In this document: in pieces, positions 14,611-28,665 of the stretch
Layout of the letters: the number at the start of each line of letters is the position of its first letter
How positions within the stretch are numbered: position 1 is the first letter of the stretch
Assembly (NCBI RefSeq): GCF_009914755.1
Contig: NC_060937.1
Origin: the human T2T-CHM13v2.0 reference genome, Homo sapiens
DNA: 64,000 bases
Direction: 5' to 3' (one strand)
Translations under genes and position numbers: made by a program
The notes under the pieces: model-generated
What the model was told of the DNA's origin: nothing
The model's input: only the letters and a program-made list of their open reading frames with translations
Databases searched by the model: none

Positions 14611-17121
14611 TATTTTTTTGTTTTATCTTAACCTTGACAATTTTTCAAACTATGGCATTTCCATATAATATTGTTTAACTGAGTTAGAATTTTTTTAATA
14701 ACTACATAAAAATTTTTCATAATAAATTATTTCCCCAAAGACTTCATTTCCCCAACATGATTCAGTTCTAAAAGTTTAAATATTGAGAAATATTTGTAAA
14801 CTAAGAGAGAGAGAGAGAAAGCAGTATTAAAAATTGGAAAGAGATATGCAGTTTTTGGCATATAGAATATTTTAAGTGCCTCGAGTGAATATACAGTTGA
14901 TTTGTATTCTAAGGATATTCATTTAAGTTATTTTTATGTTAAAATATTCATTCTATAACTTTTCAAGTCTGACAAATCATGAGATTGACTACTTTAAACT
15001 CTGATTTGGAAAAAAACCATGAAAATCTCTATCTTCAAAAAGATTTTATTCTGACATCACATTACAATATTTTACATTGACTTAGAAATGTTTCACGAGT
15101 GTATAGTGCTTTTGAACTAAGGCCATATCTATAAGACTATAACTAAAAAGGATCAGAATAAAGAAAAACTATTCTAGACAATATTATGAAATTTTTACAT
15201 ACAGTTAGCCTATCAAATTGCAACTGGAAATATTTATTAAAGCCAAGTAAATATTATAATTAGCATTTATCACATATGCATAAGCAATTAAATTCATAAA
15301 TAATTTTTAAGGTCAGCCTAAAATATCATAAATGTGAATAAATCTTATGTAAGTATACCTTAATATCTCTAGGAAATTATTTATAGCAACATAATACCAT
15401 CAAAACAATTTAATCATTATAATTTAGAAAGGAATATTTTTTTCTGCCACTATATTCTGAATGCAAACAGAAATTTATCAGTCTTTAAAGTTATCAGGAT
15501 TTTAACTTTATAAAATATCCTCTTTCAAATTATGTGGTTCAACCAAGCTCAAAGTAGGAGAGTACCAAATATGTTGTTGACCCTACAGTTATTCAGAAAC
15601 TTAAATTAATAGAGATTTATATAGAAAATTATTAAGTGAAATGAATCTTAACAGAAAGTTATAGAATATACTTGGCGCATGCTATTCTTAAGTAGTTGAA
15701 TTTTTCATGTTGTGTCATCCATTCAGCTTGAAACCATTACTAACTGGAAGGAAAGCCTAACAAGGTTGAAATCAAAACTTCCTCTTCCTGTAATCAGTTC
15801 CTCTAGGTGGAGGCCCCACTGCATGGCTCGCTGTGTTAGCTGTGTATCTAGAGCAAACTGCACCAAGTATCCTTTTCTGCTTGCTGTAGATTTGTACACT
15901 GGAAATAAGCTTCATTATGCAGAGTGCATATTCGTGCTTTCCACCTGGTCTGATCCCTCTGAGTTAACAGTATTATTAATTTTTTTAAATTGTGGACTTT
16001 GCTCTCTCACAGAAGGAACGAGTCATCATATAGGTTTTTTTTGTATTCAATATTATCTATACCAGTGAATATGTTGTAGTTGTATATTAAAATAACTTAG
16101 GAAGATTTTTGTTTTAAATACCAGCACCATGACCTTGCCATTGAAGAATGTGTTTCAGTTGGTTTGGGAATGGTACTAGTGCATCAGCATATTTTAAAAT
16201 ACCTTCAAGGGAACCAAATTGCAGCCACACTTGAAAACCATCAGTAGGCACAAGTCCCAGCGCAAATGGATGACACAGAAAAATGATGAGACTGATGAAA
16301 ATACAGTCAAAAGAAACGCACCTAAAAGAAATCAGAGGAAATAGTAGTCATTACAGTGTGTCTCCTGTGTGATAGAGGAGAAATTTTGAAAACTGCTTTT
16401 AAAAGTATTGCAAACAAGTTTCCAGGATTTATTGCATCTATGAAACAATAGTTTACCCTTCCAAAATTAGTGAAAAAATCTATACAATTACAATAAAACA
16501 TTAGGATCAGATAAATACTAATGTTTTAAAACTCCAACAATAATGCATGTGGTGTTCAGATTACTTTAGAGTAAGATGGTAAACACTTCAGAATAAGATG
16601 GCAAATATTGAGGGATTTTTAAATTTACATATTGAGGAAGTTGTTACAAATGCAGAATTTTTGAACAGCTGAAAATAATGGAAAAAGACAAAGAAGTGTG
16701 AGATAAATAAACCTATACTAAATACACAATAAATAATGATAATCCATCTTAAATAATTCATCTATATTTTCTAAAAAAAGAGAATTTTATAAGATACTTG
16801 CTGTTGCCTAAATTGCCTTGGAGATGGGAGATTTAAAAAATCTAGAGTATTGACTTATAACAAAATTATCTGGCTGTATATAAATATTTGTCACTTTTCA
16901 TTTTTTGGTCTGCCAATCCTCCTACACTGCTTCCTACTTTTGCATAAGACTTCGTGCTACACGGAGTTCTACTTCTCCCTACAAAAGCCAGAGTGTTCAG
17001 TTTACTCTTTTCTAAGCCTGTTGGTGTCAAAATAGAATCATACATCTCAAAGTCAGTTGAACATAGCATACTGCCAAGGATACTGAAACTGGGGTAGAGA
17101 GTGAAAAGAAGAAAGTATTAA

Positions 17122-17292
17122 ATTGGCACCCGATGTTGTAGTGGTCCAGCAAGTGCAACTGCATCTGGTTGCAGTGATGTACAAGGAGGTTGGATTCAGT
17201 GGTTAGATTGGCACCCGATGTTGTAGTGGTCCAGCAAGTGCAACTGTATCTGGCTGCAGGGATGTACTAGCAAGGCTGGATTCACTGGTTAG
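17122..17292. repeat. Tandem duplication, two units of 85/86 bp
   Basis: attggcacccgatgttgtagtggtccagcaagtgcaactg... begins at 17122 and again at 17207. Confidence 0.95.
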
Positions 17293-17559
17293 AGTCTCCG
17301 AATTTTTGGAATCCTCCTATATATACCCATTTCATTGATTAGTTTCCGATTGTTTTCTGTTCAATGCTTTACATTTTAAATAACTTTTCTTTATATCTTA
17401 CAGTCTTTGAGTGAAAGCAACTTTAATGATTTTTACTAATGTAAGCAGCCAAATATTATTAGGATATTCGGAAATGCATATATAAACCCATTTCCAAACC
17501 TGCCTTAGTAGCCTTTACATATGAGGAAGTTACCTCAGACTGAGAAGATAATTCTCATC

Positions 17560-18700
17560 CTAACCCCTACTTACCCAGTCTTCATTGCCTGCAGTCCTAG
17601 AACTTGAGCAAGAGCTAAGCATTAAATAGGGGTCAAATATACTCAGAAAAAAAATGATATAACAACAGAATTGCAAGACATTTATGCCAACAATATATGC
17701 AAGAATTTCTTAGGAATAGGTTCTGAAGGTGTGCATCCAACCAAGATAAAAGATTGCATTGGGGTGAATTTCAAAGTGGACACTTACCCGAAGAGCATGG
17801 ATAGAGTAGGTAAGCTTGAAGAGTTTAATGTGTTTCTAGCTGTTTGACAAGCTTATTGGCTAAAATTTAGGCCCAGTAAAAGCCTATAAGAGACACAGTC
17901 CCAGGAATCCATTGGATTTAACGTAGAAAGAGGGAAAGCCTTTGGAGTGTGCATATGCTACAGTGTTTGTTAAGATTGTTATCTTGATAAAATTCACTAA
18001 ATGAATCTCCCAAATCCTTAATCATTATAGGTAGGTGATGCCACGGGGAGATCGTACATTGAATTGGGCTCCATAAAAACACTGGGACTGGGGAGTATTT
18101 ATGTTGTTAGAACCCAAAACACAGCACTTCTCCAGGGAAGGCAAAGGGCTGTTGTGTCCCTAATGAACATCAAAGCCACTGGAGCCATTTGAATTATAAG
18201 ACTCATGGATTAATGTAGCTGTAAATAGGCCATGGAGTACCAAGGACCATAATTGGTGCTAGCTCACGTAGGCACTGTTCTATTTCTGTTTTTGAAAAGT
18301 ATTCACGTTCTATTGCATATAGACCTAATTGAAGCCACCAAAATAGTTTTGTTCCTCACACAATTCCCAAATTTGAGTCAAATCACATATTCAAAATTCT
18401 TTAAATAAAAACATGGTAGGTAGGTACTTCCATATACAGACTCTGAAAATACCAAATGTTATTTCTATAATTTCTAGCCTTCTGGAAAGGCATCTGCATC
18501 CATAAACAAGAGGAGCTGTGCACTGGTGAAACGAAAATACGTTAGATAACAGGCTTATGGGTTTTGAAAACCCAGAGTCCTTCTGCCATTTAAGAGTCAA
18601 AGTGGACTTACCTGGGATTCAGAGGACAACGACATTGTCCTGAATCTGGTTCATGGTTTGCCCGTGGATATTCCCCCCAGTTCGTGATTACAAGTCCTCC
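17560..18700 (+). mobile_element. Highly degraded ERVL/MaLR internal (gag-pro) remnant
   Basis: taggaataggttctgaaggtgtg..., ttggatttaacgtagaaagaggg..., gtgcactggtgaaacgaaaata resemble ERVL internal sequence as I recall it. Confidence 0.5.
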
Positions 18701-19499
18701 CTCCAAAAATATTTTATTAAATATTTTATTGGTCTCAGTCCTAAACAATCACTTGGTTTCTCTTGAATTTAATTATATATATATATATGTAATTGTATAT
18801 ATACATATATATGTAACATCAAATTAACATACATTTATTACAAGTTGTTTTATAAATATTGTATTTTACATGGATGTTAAATTAGAGAACTTCCAGTTTT
18901 ACAAATGGCCTTGACAAACACGGACTCAGTTACATGCATTCATTTCAAGAAAAGGTTCATAGAGATTTGGGATCATTTAGGCTTGCCCTCAGTGAAGTTT
19001 CTGTATCAAAAATTTTTGGTGCTATGGATTCCTGTGTTTGAGCGGTTGATTTGAAATAAACAATTATAACACCGTGATTATAAAGATGAAGAAACAGAAC
19101 TTGAATATCATTAATTTAGCCACTCTATGTGATCATTCTGAGTTTTTATTCTTTTAATTTTGTTTCAACTGTAGCAATATTTGAAAACCAGTGGAATCAG
19201 TCTCAAAGAAACAAAATTATGGACAGCACTATAATTTCTGGCATTTGTTGTACAATGTGATCTTTATGACATTCTGCCAAACTTAGCCATGTGTTTAAGA
19301 TTTTCTTTACTATATTATTTCTTACTATATAAATGTATACACACTATTACATAAGATGTAAATTTTTGAAACTAAAATTCATGAAAAGCTTTATGGTAAA
19401 CTTTGACCCAAGATAGATTGACAAATTAAGCTATTTTCTATTGATAATACACAGGTGAAGAAGATGAATTTGGATAAAAATTAATGACACCATATATCG

Positions 19500-20520
19500 G
19501 ATAGTTAGTTTAGAGCATTTACAGCCATCTAGAGACCCTCGCCCCCGCCCTGTGAAGTTACCTAGCTGGGGCTAGAGCTGTCTTCAAAAGGTCATTTTAC
19601 CATTCTATCAAGCCAGCTGCTTCAGGACGGTGGGGAACATGATAAAACCGGTGAATCCCATGAGCATGGCCCATTGGCACTCTTCTTTTTCTGTGAAGTG
19701 AGTTCCTTGATCAGAAGCCATGCCGTGAGGAATACTGCGACAGTGCATAAGGCAGTCTGTAAGTCCGTGTTTGGCAGAAGCATTGTGTTCAGGACAGACA
19801 CATCCACATCCAAAATCTTATCCAGTAGAAACAAAATACTTCCCTTTCCATGATGGAGGCTGTCCACTGTGATCTGCCTGCCACCAGGTAGATGCCTGAT
19901 CCCCTGGGGAATAGTGTCACATTGGGTGCACAGTGTTGGTCTCTACAGCTGGTAGACTGATAGTAGGAAGGCAGCCTTGGTGAGTGTAAGTCCATGTAGC
20001 TGAGCCCATGCGTAACCTCCATCCCTGACACAATGGCTATTTTAGTCATGAGCCCAATGGGAAGTGACAGGGAGGACTGAGTAAAGAGGCTGACTGGCAC
20101 CCACAAAACAAGTCATCCTATTCTTTTAATTGTTAAAATCCTCCTATTCTGAGGTCATCCTTTTTTAAACATCCAAAAATATCTTCAAGTTTTGGTTCAT
20201 TCTGAGAGTTATAGCCACATGTCTCTTCCCCAAATTTTCTTGTCATCAATATTTCAATTGTCTTCCTTCCAAGTTCCTGACCATCAAGACAACCCAAGTG
20301 CCAGGGCTCAAGAATGGACACATAGTCACATATCTAGCTCCTTCTCCTTCTAAGCAACATGGCAGCAGGTTCTGTGATGAAATATCTCTTTTCCTGGCCA
20401 CTGTGTGTCTCCTTATTAAGTCAAGTGACAAAGGTCTTATGGATAGAAACATGCCTAGGACATGGTAAAATGGACAGGTTGCCAAGCTAATGGCACCCCT
20501 GAGTGTCTAATTCATTCATA
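19500..20520 (-). mobile_element. ERVL internal fragment (RNase H/integrase region)
   Basis: Reverse complement reads ggacttacagactgcctta...cttctgatcaaggaactcacttcacag...aatgggccatgctcatggga...cctgaagcagctggcttgatagaatgg (integrase SDQGTHFT and PEAAGLIE blocks). Confidence 0.85.
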
Positions 20521-20639
20521 CTGAGCACAACCTAGAGGCCCTGATAGAGGAGCAAGACTGATGCTAGCAAATAGTACTGCGTGTGTGTGTGGTGAGGGGG
20601 GGGTTGGGGGGGTGGTAGTTGATTTCTTGAATCATGGAG

Positions 20640-21200
20640 AGTGCAGTGATTTGCCTTCAGTAGAACAGCTGCTGTTAAAAAATTGATATATTTTTCTTCT
20701 GTGTCTGCCTTTGCTGTCTGTACCTTCTTCAGATATTTTCAACAAACTCTATAACCACAACTTTTATATATCATTGCTACTAAACAAAGAATATAATGCA
20801 AACGATGTTAGGCATTGAGCTTATTCCCATAGGATTCAAGGTTCTTACTGTGTAGCCCTTGTGGAATACTGGATGATTCATGGAAAACTCACTATAGTGC
20901 CAGATGGGAAACAACATCTTGAAAGATCAGCGTTCTGGGTGGTAGATGGTGTACAGAACCAGCATGTTCATTAATTGGAAGTTAATGAAAGACTCTTTTC
21001 ATTCTATATGTAAAAAGAAAAACCCTTAGAATCTTTAGGCATGAAAATTCTAGCATATTACAGAAGTGTTCCCTGAAAGTAGAGGGAGTATGTACTGGGT
21101 CATGAAGGAGGCAAGTCATAAATACTCAATTTGGCCTCATAATCAAGTATGGAAATGAGGAAACTAGAATCCACATGTCTTCTCTTCCTTTCCTGTATGT
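20640..21200 (+). mobile_element. Degraded ERVL integrase-region remnant
   Basis: caaagaatataatgcaaacgatgttaggcattgagcttattcccataggattcaaggttcttactgtg is a decayed version of the same integrase block. Confidence 0.45.
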
Positions 21201-21251
21201 GTATATGTGTGTGAAAGAGAGACTACTTATACATGTGCATGTAGACACACA

Positions 21252-21846
21252 GAGTAGTTTCTCCTTATTCAAAGTTTTGCTTTTTTAGGTTTCAATGACC
21301 TGCAGTAAACCATGGTCCAAAAATATTAAGTGGAAAATTCCAGGAATAAACAATTCATAAGTTTTAAATTGTGTGCTGTTCTGAGTATGGTGATGAAGTT
21401 TTGTGCTCTTTCTCCATCAAACTCGGGATGAATCATTCATTTGTTCAGGGTCTCCAGGCTGTCTCTGCTCCCCACCCATTAGTCACTCACTAGCCACCCC
21501 AGCTATCAGATTGACTATTTCAGTGCTTATGTCCAAGTCATCCTTATTTGACTTAATAATGGCCTCAAAGCACAAAAGCAGTGATACTGGCCATTTGGCT
21601 ATGCCAAACAGAAGCTGTAAAGTGCTTCCATTAAGGAAAATGATGCAAGTTCTTGACTTAATAAAGAAAGGGAAAAAAATCATATGCTGAGGTTGCTAAG
21701 ATATACAGCAAAATGAATCTTTTATCTGTGAAATGGTGACAAAGAAAAAAATTATACATAGTATATATAGGGTTCGGCACTATCCACGTTTTCAGGCATC
21801 CACTGAGGGTCTTGAGATGTGTCTCTGAGGTAATGGAGGCCTACTG
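21252..21846 (+). mobile_element. MER44 (Tigger7-derived, TcMar) non-autonomous DNA transposon
   Basis: ggtccaaaaatattaagtggaaaattccaggaataaacaattcataagttttaaattg; termini gagtag.../...ctactg followed by TA. Confidence 0.85.
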
Positions 21847-21962
21847 TATATAGATATACCTTTCATATATCTACATCTATCTATATACATATAGATATGT
21901 ATATATGCATATATATATTTATGTATATATTTGTATACATGTATATAAATAGATATAGATAC
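21847..21962. repeat. Degenerate (TA)n low-complexity tract
   Basis: tatatagatatacc...atatatgcatatatatatttatgtatatat. Confidence 0.8.
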
Positions 21963-23141
21963 CGTATGTAGGGTATTGTTGTGGGGACGATGCTAATTTA
22001 CTCTGTAGGTGATGAAATACTGAGATAGGATTAGAAAAAATTAGAGTCAAAAAATAGTCCACAGATATCCAAGACTTAGAGATAGCAGAATAATAGTATT
22101 TTGGACTTTCTGGTTTTTTGTTGTTGTTGTTGTTGTGTTTTTGTTTTGTTTGCTGAAAAGAATAAATGCATTATTGTTTTTATAAATGAAAATTTAATTT
22201 TGTTATTAAGGTCTTTTTTCACTGGACCAGTAAGTATAAGAAGAAGAATATATGCACATTTTAGCAGCAAAAGGGAGTGAATGACAATCACAGTGACCAT
22301 AATTTATCATCCAAATTGTGACACTTCTGCCACGAAGGTGTGTTTAACCATGTGGGATATCAGTTGTAAACTGGGACTTTCTCAAGGTAGCTAGGATATA
22401 TGGTTATTCTAACTGTAGTGGACATTTTCAAAATGTGTGGCTGTTTAACATCCAAATCCCTCCTCTTCTTAGTTTCAGGGAATTATACCTTTCACTTAGA
22501 GAAAAAGTAAAGAAATTTCATCCCTTCTGTTCTCCTCTCAACCAAGGCAAAATCCAATATAGGTCAGGAACTTTGTGGAGGTATGCAAATTCAAAAGGAC
22601 AGCGAGATTAGTTTTCCATAACCACGTCCAGTGGAGTCCATGGTGTATAATGTGATGGCCATTGTTCTGGCCACATTTATTTTTTTCTGGACATTTTTGA
22701 AGATCTATTATGTGTCTTTCACGTGTTAACTCAGTTAGCTGTAAGGGTAGTCTAATTTTGAAGATCTGAATACTGGGACATACAAAGGTTAAGTCACTTG
22801 CCCGAAGTCACAAAGTTCTATTAAGTGGTGGAGCGAAGATTTGGAACTTCAGCTCCAGAGCCCACGTTCAGAAGCACTGCAGGTTAATGCCTTTGAGGTC
22901 TTTCCTTCCTTGCTTATTGCCCAATTTCAGAACCTTAACATTTGTCTCTGACATCTATTCCATAGCCTTCTAATAGATTATTTTCCTGCTTTAAATTTTT
23001 ATCACTTGCAACCAAGAACCTTAACTGAAATCTTGCTATTGTGCATGATCATTTCTGTTCTCTTTACCACAGTTGCATTGACCAAGGCGTTCAGTAACTT
23101 TCTTTATCCAAAGCAGCATTGTCAATAAAAATAAAAAATTG

Positions 23142-23447
23142 GTCCGGGCGCAGTGACTCACGCCTGTAATCCCAGCACTTTGGGAGGCCGAGGTGGGCAG
23201 ATCATGAGGTCAAGAGATGGAGACCATCCTGGCTAACATAGTGAAACCTCATCTCTACTAAAAATACAAAAAAGTAGCTGGGCGTGTTGGCACGTGCCTG
23301 TAATCCCGGATACTCAGGAGACTGAAGCAGAAGGATCACTTGAACCTGGGAGGCAGAGGTTGCAGTGAGCTGAGATCGGGCCACTGCACTCCACTCTGGG
23401 CAGCAGAGTGGGACTCCATCTCAAAAATAAATAAATAAATAATAAAT
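23142..23447 (+). mobile_element. AluSc-like SINE
   Basis: Full dimer; gatcatgaggtcaagagatggagaccatcctggctaac; (TAAA)n tail. Confidence 0.95.
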
Positions 23448-23989
23448 TATCATCTAAGTATAAAAGGAAGTTCAATAACTTTACAAACTGCAATTAGTGC
23501 AAAACATTTATAAATTCCCCTTATTACAGACACTCATTAAATTGGTCAACATTATTCAATTTTAGAATTTGATACCTATTATTTACATTAAAAACAGAAG
23601 TATAAGCTATCAAGATAATCTTTCTGTCAATAAAATGAAAGAGCAATATTTTCTACTTATTCAAAGAATGTTCAAGCATGCCAACTTATTCACAGTGCTT
23701 ATCTTTTCCCCAAAGTTCATACAGATTAAGCTTGAGGGAGCTGGATTAGAATGAGGTATAATGATCCACAAAGTATATTTCTGTTAGAAACGTTTTTTAA
23801 AAAAACTAGATGAGGAGGCTTAAATTTCAACCTCAAGGTCAAGGAGCTGAAGCAAAAATTCTTGACTTCCAATCACTAATCTTCACCCATGTGTACAGTT
23901 ATTATCATTTCATCCAATAAGACACTCTGAAACAATGTTTCAAATTTAATATATTTTTAAAGACATCTGTTAAGGGACAATGACCATTT

Positions 23990-24650
23990 ATTGAATCCTC
24001 TCCTTTTATTGGTCATTGTGACAGTGCTTTCATACATCTTCCTTAATAGACATCACAAATCTATGACATGGATATGTACATTTACATGAAAAAGAAAGAG
24101 ACTGAAAATGTTGAGTGGCTTGCTCAAGATAGGACAGGAAACAAGTAGAATAGAATTCCAGCTCATTGTGTCTGTCTGCAAATTCTATGTTTTTAATCTT
24201 AAGCTACATGGCCTTCCAATGTTATAATTCAATTTTATGAAATCCTAATTCCATGATCACATTTTAGCAAAGGGCTATGTGTGTGTACATGGAAAAGTAG
24301 TCTGTAAATGGTAAAGATGTATCTGTATTTGTGTCCATATTCATAGTTGCAGTATGATAATACAGAAATTGGATATTACACTCCCTCACACAAAGTGCAC
24401 ATGGAAATAAATGCTATGTCCCATAGTCAGGGACTAGCCTAGTCATTTTTACATATTCATATACTTTACTGCTCATTACAACTTTGAATGATAGGATTTA
24501 TTGCCCCTTTTTCCACATCAATACATTGAGTTTAAAGAATTAAGGCAATTTGCCCTAACTGACATAGCTAATAATTGGAGAATCTGAAATCTAAGCCAAG
24601 GTCTGTGAATTCCAAAGTTCATGCACTACTCATCACCACATACTGCCTGT
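23990..24650 (-). mobile_element. MIR fragments (two)
   Basis: gagactgaaaatgttgagtggcttgctcaagat and attgagtttaaagaattaaggcaatttgcccta...acatagcta core-SINE motifs. Confidence 0.55.
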
Positions 24651-25784
24651 CTGGGTATTCATTATCCTGCTATCCAAATACCAAAAGTTTATTTTAATTA
24701 AGGAAAAGTTACTTTTCTATGTCTTAAATTGCCAGATACAATGAGATTGTAAAACTAAATTAAATAGAATAGTCTTATACATGCTCCTGAACTCCCTGCA
24801 GCAAGACAGTGAAAATGTCAAGGTTGCAGCTAGGCAATCCCCACTGAAAAATACTTCTCTTTCTGAACCCAGTAAGAAAACCAAAACCGCATGATCGTAT
24901 AAAATCTGTAAGCTCATTACTAAAATGTTTACTTAATCTGTATATTACTATAAAGTAGTTTTAAAATGAATAAATAAATAAACACATTTTTGTGGTTCGG
25001 GGGAAAATGTGTTATACTAAGCTGCCAGCACTAACATATTGCAATCAATTTTATGAATGGATAATACAACTACACTATAAGCACTGGTTATTTATTTAAA
25101 ATTTTGAGATTAGTTGCATTCTCTAAACAATGATTTTTTTATAATTTTAGGAGACTAAATGTTTTTTTCAAAATATATATCGTCTTTCAATTAAGAAAAA
25201 TATAACAAATATACATCTTTGTACAGGCTAAATGTTTTCCAGGCCCCGAGTTTACTCAGAATACTGAGAATAAGGTTCTTATCAAATACATCTAGAACAT
25301 TAAAGTGGTTAGCATAATGTTGTTACGTATTATTACCAGATTCACCTTCACTGTAAAGATTTCTAAAAAGTAATTTAATACGCAAATGCCTCAATAATAG
25401 TTGGAATTTCTAGAACAACTTGAAGCAAGATACAAAGCCAATAGAGTGGGTTCTCAATGAACAAACATGATCAAGCCACGTTTCCTATGAAAAAGAATTA
25501 CTGAGATATTTTGATATTCTACAATGTACCTTTCTTTCCTTGAGGCTTTCTTTGTCTATTAGTCCGTTTTCACACTGCTATAAAGAAATACCCTCAAGAC
25601 TGGTTATTTTATAAAGAAAAGAGGTTTAATTGACTCACAGTTCCACGTGGCTGGGGAGGCCACAAGAAACTTATAATCATGGCAAAAGATAAAGGGGAAG
25701 CAAGAACCTTCTTAACACAGCGACAGGAGAGAGAAGTGCAAGCAGGGGAAATGACAGATGCTTATAAAACCATCAGATCAGATC

Positions 25785-26089
<305 letters not shown>

Positions 26090-26191
26090 AAAACCATCAG
26101 ATCTTGTAAGAACTCACTATCACGAGAACGGCATGGGGGAAACTGCCCTCATTATTCAGTTACCCATTAGGTCCCTTCTTCCACATGTGGG

Positions 26192-26227
26192 GAAAAATAC
26201 TTCTCTTTCTGAACCCAGTAAGAAAAC
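26192..26227 (+). repeat. 36-bp exact copy of 24846-24881
   Basis: gaaaaatacttctctttctgaacccagtaagaaaac occurs at both positions. Confidence 0.95.
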
Positions 26228-27671
26228 TGGGGATTACAATTCAAGATGAGATTTGGGTGAGGACATAGCCAAACCATATCTGTATTATGCTCTTTGGGGT
26301 CTAAAGGTACTTGCGGTGATGCAGTGGGAGGATCACAGCGGTTCATTTACTCAACACATACTTATTGTCAGGCACTGTGTTCCATCGTTGGGCTATAATG
26401 GGTGAGTAAAAAGGAGGTGTGGTCCCCATCCTAACATGCTGTACAACATGTTAGCAGGAATTTCACATGAAGAGGAATTTTCTACTATTACTTCATTGCT
26501 TCGTTCTCCGATTTTTTTTTAAAAAATTCTCAGCTAATACTAATGCAAGTGCTAGCTTTGAGTACCACTTGTGTAGAGACTTGTGCTAGACCCTGGGATA
26601 CAATCTCCAGAGATGAGTAACTTCTAAATCCCATCTCTAAGATATGGTGGATAGTGATCATCAGTGAGGCTTGTACTATGCAAATCACGTGGTATGGGCT
26701 GGTTTGGAGCTTCAACTCATTTTCATAGGTCATGCTTTCTCAAGGCAGCACCTCTCAAAAGAAGTTTGGCAAGAATTGCTCTGAGGATTGGAACAGAGTC
26801 AACAATACTTGATTCTGGGAAGAGCTATTTTTCCAGTGAGTGAAGGGAATAACAGTCAAATCAGTTCATTTACTTCTTGACAGCTATGTAGGAACTCAGG
26901 GATTCTTCATATGTTCTGTATCTGTTAGTAAGATAGAAATGCCAGTCTTCACAGATGGAATCCCAAGCTAATAAAACACACTTTCCTTGGGCAATATTGG
27001 ATGAGCCACCGACAAACACATTTGAGAATTCTAGTTGGGAGGGGCAGGAGAAGGTGGAATCCTTATTCTTATATCAAGGAGCGGGAACTCTACCTTACTG
27101 GTTTTAAGAACAGGTAGAATAGAGAGCCAATACTACACTGATGGATTTAGCCAGTACTGCTTCACTTGCTTAGAACCCACCACAATGAGTTATTATGTGT
27201 AATGATATGTCATTTTGCTTATATACGAACATGAGTTTCTTCTTCTGTAGGATGGTGTGCAGAAGTCAGTTGCATCACTAATGAGTGAAAAGGCTCCATC
27301 ATACAGCTCAAAAAACTGGCTTTCTTGCTAAAAATACACACATATCAATAGTGGTTTTTTCTGTGTGAAAATATTCTTAATTGCCAATTTTGGTGATGGA
27401 AGTTAAGGAAAGGTAAAGTGTTCTATTAAAGGATTGTTTCTGGGGCAGAAAATAGATATTTAGGGTAAGCAAACTAGCATCTCACCTATATTTATAAAAT
27501 CATCAAGGTCTAAAGGGATCACTTTAAATATTTAATTATAATTTATTCTATTATTTATTCTATTCTATTAAGCAAAATAAATCCAATAATGTTATTCACA
27601 AATTTGGTGACTTACAAAGTAAATATGCATTTTATAAATACCCACAATCTTCTGTACAGATTCTTCCTAGA

Positions 27672-28665
27672 TATTTTTTTAATTGACAGATAACATTGTA
27701 TGTTTTTTATCATGAACAACATGATGTTATAAAGTGTATATTCATTGTTGACTTGTTAAATCTAGCTAATTCACAAATGCATTACCTTGCACTGTTACAA
27801 TTTCTGTGGTGATGGCATATTACATTCATTCTACATTTTTCAAGAAAAGAATCATATTTTCATTAATTAGAGTCACCTTGCTATATAATAGATCTCTTGA
27901 AATTCATTTCTTCTATCAAATGTAAATGTATGCTCTGACCGACATCTCTCCATCCCATTTCTCCCCTAAACACCCAGCCTCTGACAGCTACCATTGTACT
28001 CTACCTTCATGTGACCAATGTATTTGAATTCCACATGAGTGAAACATGCGGTGTTTGTTTTCCTATGTTTGGTTTCTTTTACTTAACATAATGCTTTCCA
28101 GGTTCATTGGTGTTGTCGCATGATTTCATTCTTTTTATGGTTGAATAGTATTGCATTGTGTATACATACCACATTTTCTTTATCCATTTTTCCATTGATG
28201 TCCACTTAGGTTGATTTCATACCTTGGCTATTGTGAATAATGCTGTCATAAACATGGAAGCGCAGACACTTCTTTGACATACCGATTTCATTTTCTTTGG
28301 ATATCTACCCAGTAGTAGGACTGTTGGATCAAATGATACTTCTATTTTTGTTTTCATGAGGAATCTCCATACTGTTTTTCGTAAAGGCTATACTAATTCA
28401 CATTCCCACCAACAATGTTCAATGATTCTCTTTTCTCCACGTCCTCGCAAACACGTTATCTTTTGTCTTTTGGAGAATTGCCATTCTAACTGGGGTGAGC
28501 TGTTATCTCACTGTGGTTTTGATTTTTGATTAGTGATGTTGAACATTTTTTCATATACTTGCTCTTCATTTGTATGTCTTCTTTTGAGGAATATCAACCC
28601 TGATATTTTACTCATTATTTTTATTGGGTTATTTGTTTTTTGGGATTTTTTATTTCCTTTTTTTT
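27672..28665 (-). mobile_element. L1MA-type 3' fragment
   Basis: cacattttctttatccatt...tggctattgtgaataatgctg...cattcccaccaacaatg; L1MA-like 3'UTR at left end. Confidence 0.85.

Noticed and set aside
15712-16068. 118-aa ORF
   Set aside because: Non-ATG start, no recognisable domain, background composition
17122-17292. CRISPR-like or snoRNA-like repeat
   Set aside because: Two adjacent units with no spacers and no proper C/D boxes; eukaryotic context
18840-19400. Possible hAT transposase remnant
   Set aside because: Resemblance too weak to assign without a profile search
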